Of a stretch of 32,000 nt of DNA, positions 15,059-25,300 are shown in pieces. The translations under genes and the position numbers were made by a program. This DNA is from Candidatus Nanoarchaeia archaeon. Its GTDB lineage: Archaea > Nanobdellota > Nanobdellia > Woesearchaeales > JANQNC01. Each line of letters begins with the position of its first letter. Within the stretch, counting starts at the first letter, position 1. The notes under the pieces are model-generated. The model saw nothing but the letters and a program-made list of their open reading frames with translations, was not told the origin of the DNA and ran no database searches. The stretch lies in assembly GCA_028279745.1 (NCBI GenBank), contig JANQNC010000001.1, positions 990,001 to 1,022,000 of the forward strand, in the 5' to 3' direction.

Positions 15059-15820
15059 TTATTCAAACAAACGTTTGTAATTCAGAATTATGTTGTTTTC
15101 TACTTCATCAACCTCAAAGCCTTTTATTTCAGCAATTTTCTTAACAGATTCAACTACAAATGCAGGCTCGTTCTGTTTATCTTTGAAAGGAGAAAGGTAA
15201 GGTGTGTCTGTTTCAGTCAATAGTTGGTTAATATTGACCATTTTTACTAGTTCTTGAAAGTTCTGAGCTCTAACAACATTTGTAGGCACCGAGAAAAAAT
15301 AACCAAGCTCAGCACCTTTTTTGATTAAACTTTTTTTACCGCAGAAACAATGAATCAAAACTTTTTTCATTTCGTGTTTTTCTAATATTTCAAGAACTTC
15401 AGCTTCAGCTTTTCTTGAGTGGATAATGACTGGGAGGTCAAGTTTCTTTGCTAGTTCTAATTGTTTCTTAAAAACTTCAATCTGTTGTTCTTTATTGCTG
15501 CCAGTTGCGTAATCCAAACCAATCTCGCCAATTGAAACAATGTTATTTTTATTTTCTTCGATGAATTTAAGTTCTTCATCTGTGTCGTAGTTGTTTTTTG
15601 TGTTTGTTTCTGTTTCAAAAGCATCAGGAGGATAAATTCCGATAGATGCTTTAACTATGTCATACTTTTTGCTTATTTCTAAGACTTTTCTGTTAGAATT
15701 TGGATCAATACCTGAAGCGATTATGGTGGAAATGTTATTGTCTATAGCATTTTTGATAACTTTATCTAGTTCTTCTTCACTAAACCTATCTAAGTGTGCA
15801 TGAACATCTATGAATGACAT
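15059..15820 (-). CDS. tatD: TatD-family metal-dependent hydrolase
   Basis: 253-aa ORF with IDVHAHLD, IGEIGLDY, IIHSR, HCF and ETDTPYL motifs. Confidence 0.9.
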   Translation of the reverse strand: MSFIDVHAHLDRFSEEELDKVIKNAIDNNISTIIASGIDPNSNRKVLEISKKYDIVKASIGIYPPDAFETETNTKNNYDTDEELKFIEENKNNIVSIGEIGLDYATGSNKEQQIEVFKKQLELAKKLDLPVIIHSRKAEAEVLEILEKHEMKKVLIHCFCGKKSLIKKGAELGYFFSVPTNVVRAQNFQELVKMVNINQLLTETDTPYLSPFKDKQNEPAFVVESVKKIAEIKGFEVDEVENNIILNYKRLFE

Positions 15821-15855
15821 AAGTTGGAACTATTTTTGTTTGTTAATAAATGTAT

Positions 15856-17550
15856 CTACTTTGTAGCAGGGCAGTAAAGAACATTTTTTAGGTTATCTCT
15901 AGGAAAATATCTTTTTATCTTTTCATCTGTATCTTCAAATATTATGCAATTATTTTTTAACATGACTCGTTTTGTTCTATCTGCAGAATGATCATATATT
16001 TCTGCATAACCTTCATCGGTGGTTATTGGAAGTTTTGGGATTGGTTGTATCAATCCATTGTTAGTTGTGTATACTGTTGTTCCGTCAACTTCAACATCTC
16101 CATTCTTTTTGAAATGAATGTTGTTGTAAAGTTTCCCTCTTTTTAGCTCCATCTGTTCAGAGCCATCGACGTTTATTGCAAATAATCTATCTTGGGCTGC
16201 ATTTGAGAAAATGATCCTTCCTTTTGAAAGGTAAAGATTTTCTTCAGCTATGTCTTTTGTGTTTGTAAGTCTTTTTAGCAAAGAACCATTGGCTCTCATT
16301 GAGTAAATTTCCCTTTTGGCAGGATTTTGATTTGTGAAGAAGATCATTCCTTTGTCGCTTGTTATAACTTCCCTTACATTTATGTCTTTGTTTATTTTTA
16401 TGGCTTTCTTTCCTTCCAAATCCATGGAATATAGATCTCTTTTTTGTTGATAAACAATTTTTTCAGATAAAGGTAAGTGGTCTTTAGCATAATGGCCTGC
16501 GAGCAGTGCAAGAGGAACAGCAATTAATGTTATGAGTGACCTTTTTTTCATACGCGGTTTACTTCTTACTCTGTATAATAGATCATCTCGAACATGTTCT
16601 ATGCAGGAATATCTTGATTTGGGGTCTTTGTTCAAGCACTTTGTGATTATGTAATCAAGTGCACGGCTAATATTGGGATTTATCTTTCTTGGAGAAACAA
16701 TCTCTTTCTTGAAATTAGTCACAATCTTTCTTAAATCTTCTCTTTGATGATCTCTTTTTTTGAAATGTGAATAAAAAGGATATTGGGTTGTGAAGCATCT
16801 GTACATCAATATGCCAAACGCCCAGACAGCAGAGCTTTCAGTAAAAGTGTTATCGATGAATTCTTCAGGGGGCCTGAATAGCAATGAAGATCTGTTGCTT
16901 TGGAAACTAATTGAATGTGTGGAGGAGAAATCAAGAATCTTGACACCTGTACTCTCACTTTCTTCATAAAGAATTATATTTCCTGGGTTTGGATCGTTGT
17001 GGCGAACTTTGGATTTCGCGGCGATAGTTAAGCCGTTTGCAATTTTAGTTACTATGTCTAGCATACCCCTAATTTTTATGTTTTCTGATTGTTTTTTGAT
17101 CATCTTTCTTAGAGCGTTGTCTTTAACTATCTCCCTGGGATCAAATAAATATCTTGCTCTCAAATGTTCTTCAAGAAGTTTTTTTAGGGTAAGTCTGCTG
17201 TCTACATACTCGCTGGAGAAATAGTGGTGATCTGTCTCTTTATCTTGGCCTTTGTCATAAACTTGAAAGAAGTACTTTAGATTTTCTGGGTGGAGTCTGT
17301 TATCTTCCATAATCCTTGCAATGATGTTTGGCTCTTGAAGAAAGAGTTCTAAAGGGGATTCAGAAGATTGTGATCTCATAGAATCATCTGTTTCTTGTTT
17401 TAGGATATTTAATGCGACTTCTCTATTAAGTTCTTGGTCTAAAGCAAGGAAAACTTTTTTCCATGCGCCTTCCCCAAGTTTCTCTTTAAGCACGTATCTA
17501 TTGTCGAAAACTTGATTTGTTTTAAACGCTAAATCTTCAACTACCATCAC
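15856..17550 (-). CDS. receptor-like Ser/Thr protein kinase: kinase domain, one TM, beta-propeller-like ectodomain
   Basis: 564-aa ORF. Gly-loop LGEGAWKKV, catalytic loop HNDPNPGN, DFS for DFG, and CLNKDPKSRYS. TM segment LITLIAVPLALLAGHY. The C-terminus has repeated DLYSMDLEGKK / EIYSMRANGS / RLFAINVDGSE, resembling TolB/PD40 blades. Confidence 0.8.
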   Translation of the reverse strand: MMVVEDLAFKTNQVFDNRYVLKEKLGEGAWKKVFLALDQELNREVALNILKQETDDSMRSQSSESPLELFLQEPNIIARIMEDNRLHPENLKYFFQVYDKGQDKETDHHYFSSEYVDSRLTLKKLLEEHLRARYLFDPREIVKDNALRKMIKKQSENIKIRGMLDIVTKIANGLTIAAKSKVRHNDPNPGNIILYEESESTGVKILDFSSTHSISFQSNRSSLLFRPPEEFIDNTFTESSAVWAFGILMYRCFTTQYPFYSHFKKRDHQREDLRKIVTNFKKEIVSPRKINPNISRALDYIITKCLNKDPKSRYSCIEHVRDDLLYRVRSKPRMKKRSLITLIAVPLALLAGHYAKDHLPLSEKIVYQQKRDLYSMDLEGKKAIKINKDINVREVITSDKGMIFFTNQNPAKREIYSMRANGSLLKRLTNTKDIAEENLYLSKGRIIFSNAAQDRLFAINVDGSEQMELKRGKLYNNIHFKKNGDVEVDGTTVYTTNNGLIQPIPKLPITTDEGYAEIYDHSADRTKRVMLKNNCIIFEDTDEKIKRYFPRDNLKNVLYCPATK

Positions 17551-17597
17551 TTGAGGAAACTAAAAATAATATATAAAAGTTTGCTATCTTGTAGTGG

Positions 17598-18485
17598 TTA
17601 CTTGGAGAAAGGGGCTTGCATCCCTAGGAGGGTGATTATTCTTGTGTTTAAAGAAGAGAGTAATGAATGGATTAAGGGGTTGAAGCTTTTTTCTTTAGCT
17701 AAGATATCATTTATTTTTTCATAGCTTTCAGAAGCAGATAAAGCAATTGTTTCATCAAGTTTGAAAGTAAACTCATACATGTTTCTTGAAAGGTTGATGA
17801 GTTCAGATAAAGTTTCAGTTTCATTTTTACTTATTTTGTTATCTTTTGCTAGCTTTAGAATTTCTTTAAAATGATCACTAATCTCTTCAAGAGTGTGGCA
17901 CATAACAATGTAAGTTGTTGTGAGTTCAGGATTATCTGCTCCAACTTTGTTAAGGTATCTTACACAAAGATTTCCGAACTTGTTCACGTCTTTATCTCGG
18001 AGAATTAGGTTTTCGATAGAGGTTATGTCTTTTTTGTGTATTGCTTCTAAGCCTTCATCGAATATTTCGCAAATTATCCTGAAGAACCTTCTGAATATTG
18101 GATTGAATTCTTTTTCGGTTATTCCTGTTAGCTCTTTTAATATGCATTTACTATTTGTCTGGTTTATGATTTCAAATCCGATAAGTTCTTGGGTTGTCTC
18201 TTGGACCTTTTTGAATATTGCGGGATCTGTAAACCTTATCTCGATCTCATCATAACCTAACGTGTATGCACCAACTATAGTTCGGGGAGTCATTACTTTC
18301 TTAGTAGAAGCATCGAATACGTATTTTTGGCCAGTTTTGGCGTTATCTGTATTGATTACAATTGTATTGTATTCTTCGATGAGGTCTATCTCATCGCCTG
18401 ATTGAAGCTTATTCTTTTTTATCCAGCTACTAGGCAATGAGATAGTCATCGTGGCAGCTCCTTGTTTTACTATCTTACGTTTCAT
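17598..18485 (-). CDS. AbrB/SpoVT-domain plus PhoU-like regulator
   Basis: N-terminal KIVKQGAATMTISLPSSWIKKNKLQSGDEIDL (swapped-hairpin AbrB type) is followed by about 200 aa of helical PhoU-like sequence. This is a common archaeal architecture. Confidence 0.8.
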   Translation of the reverse strand: MKRKIVKQGAATMTISLPSSWIKKNKLQSGDEIDLIEEYNTIVINTDNAKTGQKYVFDASTKKVMTPRTIVGAYTLGYDEIEIRFTDPAIFKKVQETTQELIGFEIINQTNSKCILKELTGITEKEFNPIFRRFFRIICEIFDEGLEAIHKKDITSIENLILRDKDVNKFGNLCVRYLNKVGADNPELTTTYIVMCHTLEEISDHFKEILKLAKDNKISKNETETLSELINLSRNMYEFTFKLDETIALSASESYEKINDILAKEKSFNPLIHSLLSSLNTRIITLLGMQAPFSK

Positions 18486-18681
18486 TTCTTTGTTGTTTAA
18501 TTTTAATATATAAAAACCTTTCGAATTAGTATATACTTATTGAATAGAATATAGAGAATAATAAAAATGAATATATATCTGGTTGAACTATATACTACTT
18601 GGAAAATGAGGCCAATAATCCAGAAAAATTTGTTGATTGCGGGGTCTATTTTCAAAATAATCGTTTTGGGGGTGGTTTCAG

Positions 18682-18816
18682 ATGAAACTAAGGCAAATAA
18701 TGAAAAAAATTGTGGAGAGACACAGAGCGTTTGGTGAATATATGAAAGATGACAGCAGATACAGGGGAACTGTACAGATAAAACTTAGACAATTTCAAAG
18801 AGGTGAGTTCGAATGA
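18682..18816 (+). CDS. 44-aa basic ORF translationally coupled to lrp
   Basis: MKLRQIMKKIVERHRAFGEYMKDDSRYRGTVQIKLRQFQRGEFE. SD gggggtgg lies 6 nt upstream, and its stop overlaps the lrp start (ATGA). Confidence 0.4.
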   Translation: MKLRQIMKKIVERHRAFGEYMKDDSRYRGTVQIKLRQFQRGEFE

Positions 18817-19277
18817 TGAAAAAATCAGACTGGGAAATGATTGCATGTTTGAGAAAAAATGGGAGAGAGACACTGACAAAGATATCAAAGAAAACAAAAG
18901 TGCCAATATCAACACTTTATGACAAACTGAGATCGCAAAAGATGAGCATAATAACAAAACATACTTGTCTTTTGGATTTTGCAAGAATAGGTTTTAACAC
19001 AAGAGCAAAAATATCTATGAAAGTAGATAAAGATTGCAGAGATGATATCAAAGCGTTCTTGATGGCAGACCAGAATGTGAATTCGTTGTACAAAATCAAT
19101 AACGGATATGACTACATGATAGAAGTTGTGTTCAGGAACCTAAAAGATTTGGAAGAATTTATCGATAGGCTTGAAGAGCGATTCAGAATCTTGGAATACA
19201 AAGTGTACTACATAATTGATGACTTGAAACGAGAGTCGTTCATGAGCAGTGCAGAACACATAAAGCTAGTTGTTTAA
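18813..19277 (+). CDS. Lrp/AsnC-family transcriptional regulator
   Basis: 154-aa ORF with N-terminal HTH (RETLTKISKKTKVPISTLYDKLR) and a C-terminal RAM-like domain. Confidence 0.85.
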   Translation: MMKKSDWEMIACLRKNGRETLTKISKKTKVPISTLYDKLRSQKMSIITKHTCLLDFARIGFNTRAKISMKVDKDCRDDIKAFLMADQNVNSLYKINNGYDYMIEVVFRNLKDLEEFIDRLEERFRILEYKVYYIIDDLKRESFMSSAEHIKLVV

Positions 19278-19297
19278 AACTATTGGGGGTGGTTATT

Positions 19298-20002
19298 ATG
19301 AACATAAAGAAAGGATTAGTTGGATTAGTTTTAGGGATGAGTACAATGTTAATGCCTTTGAAAGCAGATATGCCGAACAAAACAGTGACAAGATATGTTG
19401 CACACATACAAAATTACATCGAAGACAAAGGCTATAAAGTTAGTGTGGAAGGAACAGATGGAAAAAAAGATTACACAATAGCAATAGATGACACTTTAAG
19501 AAACGAAAACTGTGAGCTGGAACCAAAAATAAGTCTTTACCCAACATCAGAGGGTGTTCCAATGAAAAGATGGATATTGTTTTATGATAAAGAGAACAAA
19601 GAAGATTTTGATTTTATTGAGGGAGTTAGCAAATTAAATTATGAAATGCTTGGAGTGGAGAGTGATATTGTAAAAACACTGGATAAATATTTTGATAAGA
19701 GTGTTGGATGTGAGACTGGCGTTAAGGAGAGAGATCTTAGTCTGAATGTGAATCCCAATCCGTTTAACTCAGAAGTGCAAGTTAACTATAAGTTAGATAG
19801 GGAGACAGATGTCAAAGTGAATGTTTATGACATCAAAGGGAACTTAGTTAGAAGGCTGACTAGGGGCAGGAAAGAGAAAGGAAAGCACTCCTTGAGATGG
19901 AACGCAACTGTAAATGGAACTGGTTTAGCATCTGGAAAATACTTTGTGGAAATGGTTGCAGATGGAAAAAGATTTGTGAGGGGGATAAATTATTTGAGAT
20001 GA
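19298..20002 (+). CDS. secreted protein with FlgD-Ig-like / T9SS-type C-terminal beta-sandwich domain
   Basis: Signal peptide MNIKKGLVGLVLGMSTMLMPLKA. The C-terminus NPNPFNSEVQVNYKL...VNVYDIKGNLVRRL...GKHSLRWNA..NGTGLASGKYFVEM matches the FlgD_ig / Por C-terminal pattern. ATG 19298 is preferred over the TTG at 19283. Confidence 0.7.
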   Translation: MNIKKGLVGLVLGMSTMLMPLKADMPNKTVTRYVAHIQNYIEDKGYKVSVEGTDGKKDYTIAIDDTLRNENCELEPKISLYPTSEGVPMKRWILFYDKENKEDFDFIEGVSKLNYEMLGVESDIVKTLDKYFDKSVGCETGVKERDLSLNVNPNPFNSEVQVNYKLDRETDVKVNVYDIKGNLVRRLTRGRKEKGKHSLRWNATVNGTGLASGKYFVEMVADGKRFVRGINYLR

Positions 20003-20009
20003 GAACAAA

Positions 20010-20080
20010 TGCGCCAACGGGGAATCGAACCCCGGCCACAACGTTGGCAACGTCGTATTGTACCACTCAACCATTGGCGC
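20010..20080 (-). tRNA. tRNA-Gly (GCC)
   Basis: Full cloverleaf by hand: GCGCCAA/TTGGCGC acceptor, GTTG/CAAT D-stem, CGACG-TTGCCAA-CGTTG anticodon arm, CGGGG-TTCGATT-CCCCG T-arm, discriminator A. No CCA is encoded. Confidence 0.9.
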
Positions 20081-20119
20081 CTGTAAAATTCTCAACAGAT
20101 AATTTCATTGAGAAATCAT

Positions 20120-20172
20120 GAAAATTTACAAGTAAATTTTCAGGACGTAGAAAATCCCTTGTAAGGATTTTC
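20120..20172. terminator. twin GAAAAT/ATTTTC hairpins between tRNA-Val and tRNA-Gly
   Basis: First: gaaaatttac-aa-gtaaattttc (20120-20141). Second: gaaaatcc-cttgtaa-ggattttc (20150-20172). Both stems present T-runs on either strand. Confidence 0.35.
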
Positions 20173-20184
20173 TTCGTAAGGGAA

Positions 20185-20299
20185 TGGGCCCACCCGGACT
20201 CGAACCGGGGACCTTCTCCTCTCTCAGCAACAAGTTGCTGGATACCCAAGCAAGCTTGTGCATGTAAGGGAGACATTATAGCCACTAAACTATGGGCCC
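20185..20299 (-). tRNA. tRNA-Val (UAC) with a 42-nt canonical intron
   Basis: GGGCCCA/TGGGCCC acceptor, anticodon arm TCTCC-CTTACA|intron|A-GGAGA, T-arm CCCGG-TTCGAGT-CCGGG. The intron is 20221-20262 (37/38 position). The BHB has a 4-bp helix CTTA/TGAG flanked by 3-nt bulges CAT and AGA. Confidence 0.85.
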
Positions 20300-20355
20300 T
20301 TGACTCAAAGGAAAAATAACTGTTTTAAAAAGATTTCTATTTGAGCTAACGACAA

Positions 20356-20365
20356 CTTTATATAA
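20356..20365 (+). promoter_or_regulatory. TATA-box-like element upstream of scpA
   Basis: ctttatataa is centred about 26 nt before ATG 20387, with no SD. Confidence 0.45.
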
Positions 20366-20386
20366 TAAAACCCTCGTAATTTAAGC

Positions 20387-21154
20387 ATGCAAGATAAAAT
20401 CTTTGAGCTATTAGTCAATAATGATGATATACAGTGGCAAACAATACTATATGACCTAGTTAAAACAGACCAGATGAACCCTTGGGATGTGGAAATAGGG
20501 GAGTTAACTGCAAGATATATCAGCACAGTAAGAAAACTAAAAGAAGCAAACCTAAGACTTTCTGGAAAAGTTTTACTTGCATCAGCAATACTTCTGAAAA
20601 TGAAATCAAACCAGTTCATGAGTGTGGATATAGCTGCGTTGGATCAGTTAATGCAAGAACCTGAAGAAATATATGATGAATATGAAGACTTAGGAGAGGT
20701 AGGGATATATGATGTGGAAGCAGCAAGAAGAAGAATTGCCTCTGGCGAGTATAAGTTAATTCCTAAAACACCGCAGCCCAGAAGAAGAAAAGTTTCTATT
20801 TATGATTTAGTCAATGCTTTAGAGAAAGCGATGGAAGTCAGGAAGAGAAGAGTTTTGCGTACTATCCCAAACTTTGAAAGAAAGTTAGAGTTGCCAAAAA
20901 AAGGATTAGATATAAGCAAAGCAATCAAAGATATTTATGCAAGAATTGGAGCATTCTTCAAACAAAACAAAGGGCAAAGTCTAACGTTTAATATGCTATC
21001 AGAGAATAGCACTGATAGGAAACAAAAGATACATACATTCATGCCCTTACTTTATTTAACAAACCAAAGAAGAATAGACATGGAACAAGAGAAAGCATTT
21101 GGTGAAATCAAAATAAAACTTCTGAATAAGAAAGTGCAGAAAGCAGAGGCTTGA
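20387..21154 (+). CDS. scpA: segregation and condensation protein A (kleisin)
   Basis: 255-aa ORF. N-terminal LYDLVKTDQMNPWDVEIGELTARYI and LSGKVLLASAILLKMKS match the ScpA N-domain, and there is a C-terminal winged-helix-like end. Confidence 0.85.
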   Translation: MQDKIFELLVNNDDIQWQTILYDLVKTDQMNPWDVEIGELTARYISTVRKLKEANLRLSGKVLLASAILLKMKSNQFMSVDIAALDQLMQEPEEIYDEYEDLGEVGIYDVEAARRRIASGEYKLIPKTPQPRRRKVSIYDLVNALEKAMEVRKRRVLRTIPNFERKLELPKKGLDISKAIKDIYARIGAFFKQNKGQSLTFNMLSENSTDRKQKIHTFMPLLYLTNQRRIDMEQEKAFGEIKIKLLNKKVQKAEA

Positions 21155-21195
21155 GAAAAGGTAGTTTTTTATATTTCTTAAAAACAAGTAAAGAT

Positions 21196-21789
21196 ATGAA
21201 ACTTATTTTAGTCAGACATGGAGAAACTTATGCAAATCTTGAGAATCTTTCACAAGGGCATCTGAATTCACAGCTTACAGCTGAAGGAATCGAACAAGCA
21301 GAGAAAGTTTCGGAAAGGTTAAGATACGAAAAAATTGATGTTGCGTTCTCCAGTGATTTAGACAGAGCGTTAGATACTTGCGCTAAAATACTAAATTTTC
21401 ATAAAGATGTAACTTTGATTAAAACTCCCATTCTAAGGGAGCAAGCTAAAGGTATTTTTGAGGGTAAGCCTAAAGATCAACGAGCTAAATTGTTGAAAAA
21501 AGACACAGTTCCATATCATGAGTGGCATCCTGAAGGGGGAGAACGATTGATAGATGTGTGGGATAAACTGATCCCTTTTTTTGAAAAAATAAAAAGTGAT
21601 TATGCTGATAAACATGTGTTGATTGTAAGTCATGGGTGTCCGATCGCATGTATTCTTTCCTATCTGCACGGTAAAAAAGTTGAAGACTTTAATGATTACT
21701 TACCCAGAAAGAATACAGCGGTCTCAATTGTTGAGTTTGATAATAATAAACCTATATTTAGAGAACTTAATTGTGCTAAGCATATCTAA
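21196..21789 (+). CDS. histidine phosphatase (phosphoglycerate mutase-like) family protein
   Basis: KLILVRHGET (RHG motif) and VSHG. ATG 21196 is preferred over the tracked 21151. Confidence 0.85.
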   Translation: MKLILVRHGETYANLENLSQGHLNSQLTAEGIEQAEKVSERLRYEKIDVAFSSDLDRALDTCAKILNFHKDVTLIKTPILREQAKGIFEGKPKDQRAKLLKKDTVPYHEWHPEGGERLIDVWDKLIPFFEKIKSDYADKHVLIVSHGCPIACILSYLHGKKVEDFNDYLPRKNTAVSIVEFDNNKPIFRELNCAKHI

Positions 21790-21795
21790 ACCTTA

Positions 21796-22380
21796 TCAGT
21801 TTAAACCAATCTGGTCAGCGATTTCTTTCATAGCATCAATAGCTAATTGAAAAAACTCATCTAGTTCTAGACCTGTTTTTTCTATCTCTTTCACCAGTTC
21901 TCTATTGCAGTTTGCAGCAAAGCTTTTTTCTTTGAATCTTTTTTTAAGACCCTTAACTTTCATATCAGAAATTTTTTTGCCACGTATCAGTGCATACGCA
22001 TAAATGATCCCTGTCAAAGTTTCAGAAGCAATCAAAGCGTGTTCTATCTTTTTTAATCTTTGTTTATCTTTAAATGCAGAAATTTCATCATAGCCGTATC
22101 CGTGTGATTGTACTATTTGAATAAATTCATCATCAAACCCTTTCTCTTTCAGAAGTTTTTCAGCTTTGAGGGTGTGCTCAGACCAATCATCTTTTGTTAA
22201 AGACCAGTCAACATCATGTAATAATCCAATCATGCCCCAGTACTCTTCATCTTCTTCAAAATGTCTTGCTAAAGCTTTCATTATCGCTTCAGTCTCTAAA
22301 TAATGATTCATATCACTCTCTTCCTGAGGCATCGATTTAAGAAATTCAACAGCTTTATCTCTAGTTATTGGGAGATTCAT
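21796..22380 (-). CDS. HD-domain hydrolase
   Basis: GLLHDVDW HD motif in a helical protein of about 190 aa. ATG 22380 (MNLPITRDK) is chosen so it does not overlap ileS. Confidence 0.8.
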   Translation of the reverse strand: MNLPITRDKAVEFLKSMPQEESDMNHYLETEAIMKALARHFEEDEEYWGMIGLLHDVDWSLTKDDWSEHTLKAEKLLKEKGFDDEFIQIVQSHGYGYDEISAFKDKQRLKKIEHALIASETLTGIIYAYALIRGKKISDMKVKGLKKRFKEKSFAANCNRELVKEIEKTGLELDEFFQLAIDAMKEIADQIGLN

Positions 22381-22381
22381 T

Positions 22382-25300
22382 TTAAACCTTATCAAAACTA
22401 ACCTCAAAAGTTATGCTCTTAACTTTTTCAACAGATTCAGTTTCGTGTTTTTTTGCAGCAGGTCGATCATTGACTATAAGATCATTAGCACCAACCTTTT
22501 CTTTAATGCTGTCATGCCACTTAGCTAAAATTTCAATACCTGAAGCATCAGTTGTAATATGAATATTGATTGAGTCAGTTTTTTGCAACCCAGCTTTCTT
22601 TCTCATGTTCTGGATTCTTCTCATTAGTTCTCTAGCAAAACCTTCATTCTCCAGTTCTTCACTTCTTTCAGAGTTGATGTAAATATTTCCTTTCCTAAAC
22701 TCCCCACCAGAATAAGGTGGTTTAACATCTTCATCCACATTGATATGTTCCTCTTTAATATCTACTTCTTGGGATTCAACCTTTAGCTTAAACTTGCCTT
22801 CTTTCTTTATGTGTGAAAGAACCGTGTCGGGAGATTGGGTTGCAAGATTGGCAATAATTTTTGGAGCTAACTCACCAAACTCAGGACCAAGCTTAGCAAA
22901 TTCAGGTTTAATGGTGTAAGTTACAAAAGGGAAGGTTTCCTGAACACTCAAAGATTTAACATTTGTTTGATTCAAAATTAATTCCTTAAGGACTTCAACT
23001 GCTTCAACAGTCTCAGCATCAGTTGTAACAACAATTGCTTCCTTCAAAGGCCATCTAACTCCCAAATTGATCTTTTCTCTTGAAGATAAGATTGATTGAA
23101 TAACTGACTTAACAGATTCAAACTGAGACTCAAGCTTTTTATCAATCATAGATTCATCTGGAGTTGGCCAGTCAGCCAAGTGAATACTTTCGCCAGGCAG
23201 ATTGAATGCTTCCTTCAAGTTTTGGAACATTTTCTCAGTAATGAATGGAGTGATTATAGAGAATATCTTAAGAGTTTCAAATAAAGTATGATAAATCGTA
23301 TAGAACACAATCTCTTTATCTTCCTCACTTCCAACAGCAGCTTTATCCCTAACAAGCTGGATGTAAGTTCTACTCAACTCAAGATACAAGTTTTCAATAA
23401 GAGGGAAAACTTTGTCAATTTGGTAGTTGTTAAGTAATTCAGTAACTTCCTTGATTGTTGAGTTAAGCTTTGAAAGTATGTATTTTTCTTCAACACCTAA
23501 CAGTTCTTTAGCAAGATTGAAATCAACAACTTTAACATTAAGTTGTTTAGATAAATCAATAACAAACTTATGAACATTCCATAAAATCATCAAATACTTT
23601 TGTTTCAAAGCAGCTTCATCCCATGAAAAACTGATATCTTCACCAGCATTAGTTCCACAGATATAATATCTCATAGCATCAGTACCATGTTTGTCAATTA
23701 ACTCATAAGGGCTGATAACATTACCTAACGATTTAGACATCTTAACACCGTCAACATCAGTGATCATACCGTGCATGTAACAACTCTTGAAACAAGGCTT
23801 ATCCATAGCGATCATAGAAGCAACCATCAAAAGATTAAACCAACCTCTAACTTGCTCTTTAGCTTCACAGATAAACTCTGCAGGGAATAACTTATCAAAA
23901 AATTCAGTCTTGTGAGGATATTCTAGGCAAGCCCAAGAAGCACAACCTGCATCAATCCAAACATCTAATACGTCAGGAAGTCTGGTCATCTTACTTCCAC
24001 AATCACAGTCAAGCTTGACTTCATCAATCCAAGGTTTGTGTAGCGATTCAGGAGGTTGACCTCCGTTATTTTTGATATCTTCTCTTGAATCTATAACTTT
24101 GTATTTATCACAAGAATCACACTTCCATATCGGAACTGGTGTTCCCCAGAACCTTTGTTTTGTAATCGAGTTATCTCTAAGGTTTTGAAGCCAAGATTTG
24201 TAAGCTTGATAACCTGAGTCAGGAACCCAGTTAATGTTTTCATTATGTTCAACCATCTGATCCTTCATATCTTCAACCTTGAAGAACCACTGTTTTGTTG
24301 CTCTAAACACAACAGGATTTCTACATCTTTCACAATGAGCGTAATCGTGCTCAACAGGAGTAGAGGCTATAAGAACATTATCATCCTCTAACGCTTCAAT
24401 AAACTTTTTGTCATCTGTTTTTGCTTTTAATCCAGAGAATCTGCCCATCGTGTCTGGGAAAATACCACTATGATCAATATTATTGAAAGGAGGAATGCCA
24501 TTTCTGTGTCCAACTTCATAATCTTCAGGACCACAACCTGGAGCTGAGTGAACTAAACCAGAACCTGCACTGGTGTCAACATATTCTGAGGACATTAATA
24601 CTGTATGGACTTTAGGATGTTTTTCTTTTAACTCTTTAAAATCAGGAATATCATTCTCCCAAGGGTGAGTGTACTCTGTTCCTTCTAAAGTTTCACCTTT
24701 GAACTCTTCAACTATCTCTAATTTTTTATCTGCAACAGCTTGAATAACTGGAGCAGCTAAAGCTTTTGATACTATCCAGTACTCGTTGTCTACTTTGCAT
24801 TTTACATAGTCTAACTCTGGATTAACCATTATCCCTAAGTTAAATGCAATAGTCCAAGGAGTTGTAGTCCAGATGATAAAGTAGTCGTTATCTGTATTTT
24901 TTATTTTGAATTTTACAAAAATGGAGTTGTCTGTAACTTCTTTATACTCTTGTTCGTGCTTAGCTAAAGCAGTAGCGCATTCAGCACACCAACTTAAAGT
25001 TCTCAGTCCTTCATATAGTCTACCTTTCTCTTCAGCTTTCTTGATCAAGAACCAAACACTCTCAATATACTCATTAGTTATAGGTCTGTAAGCATTCTCA
25101 TAATCAAACCAAAGACCAAGCTTTGGCATCTCTTCATTCCATTGGTCTGCAATCGTTGAAGAGAATTCCATACATTCTTTGATGAACTTGTCCATGCCAT
25201 GATTAATTATGTCTTCTTTCGATTTTAGATTTAATTTAGCTTGAACTTTATGTGCTGTTGGCAATCCGTGCATATCATAACCTGCTCTATCCCATACGTT

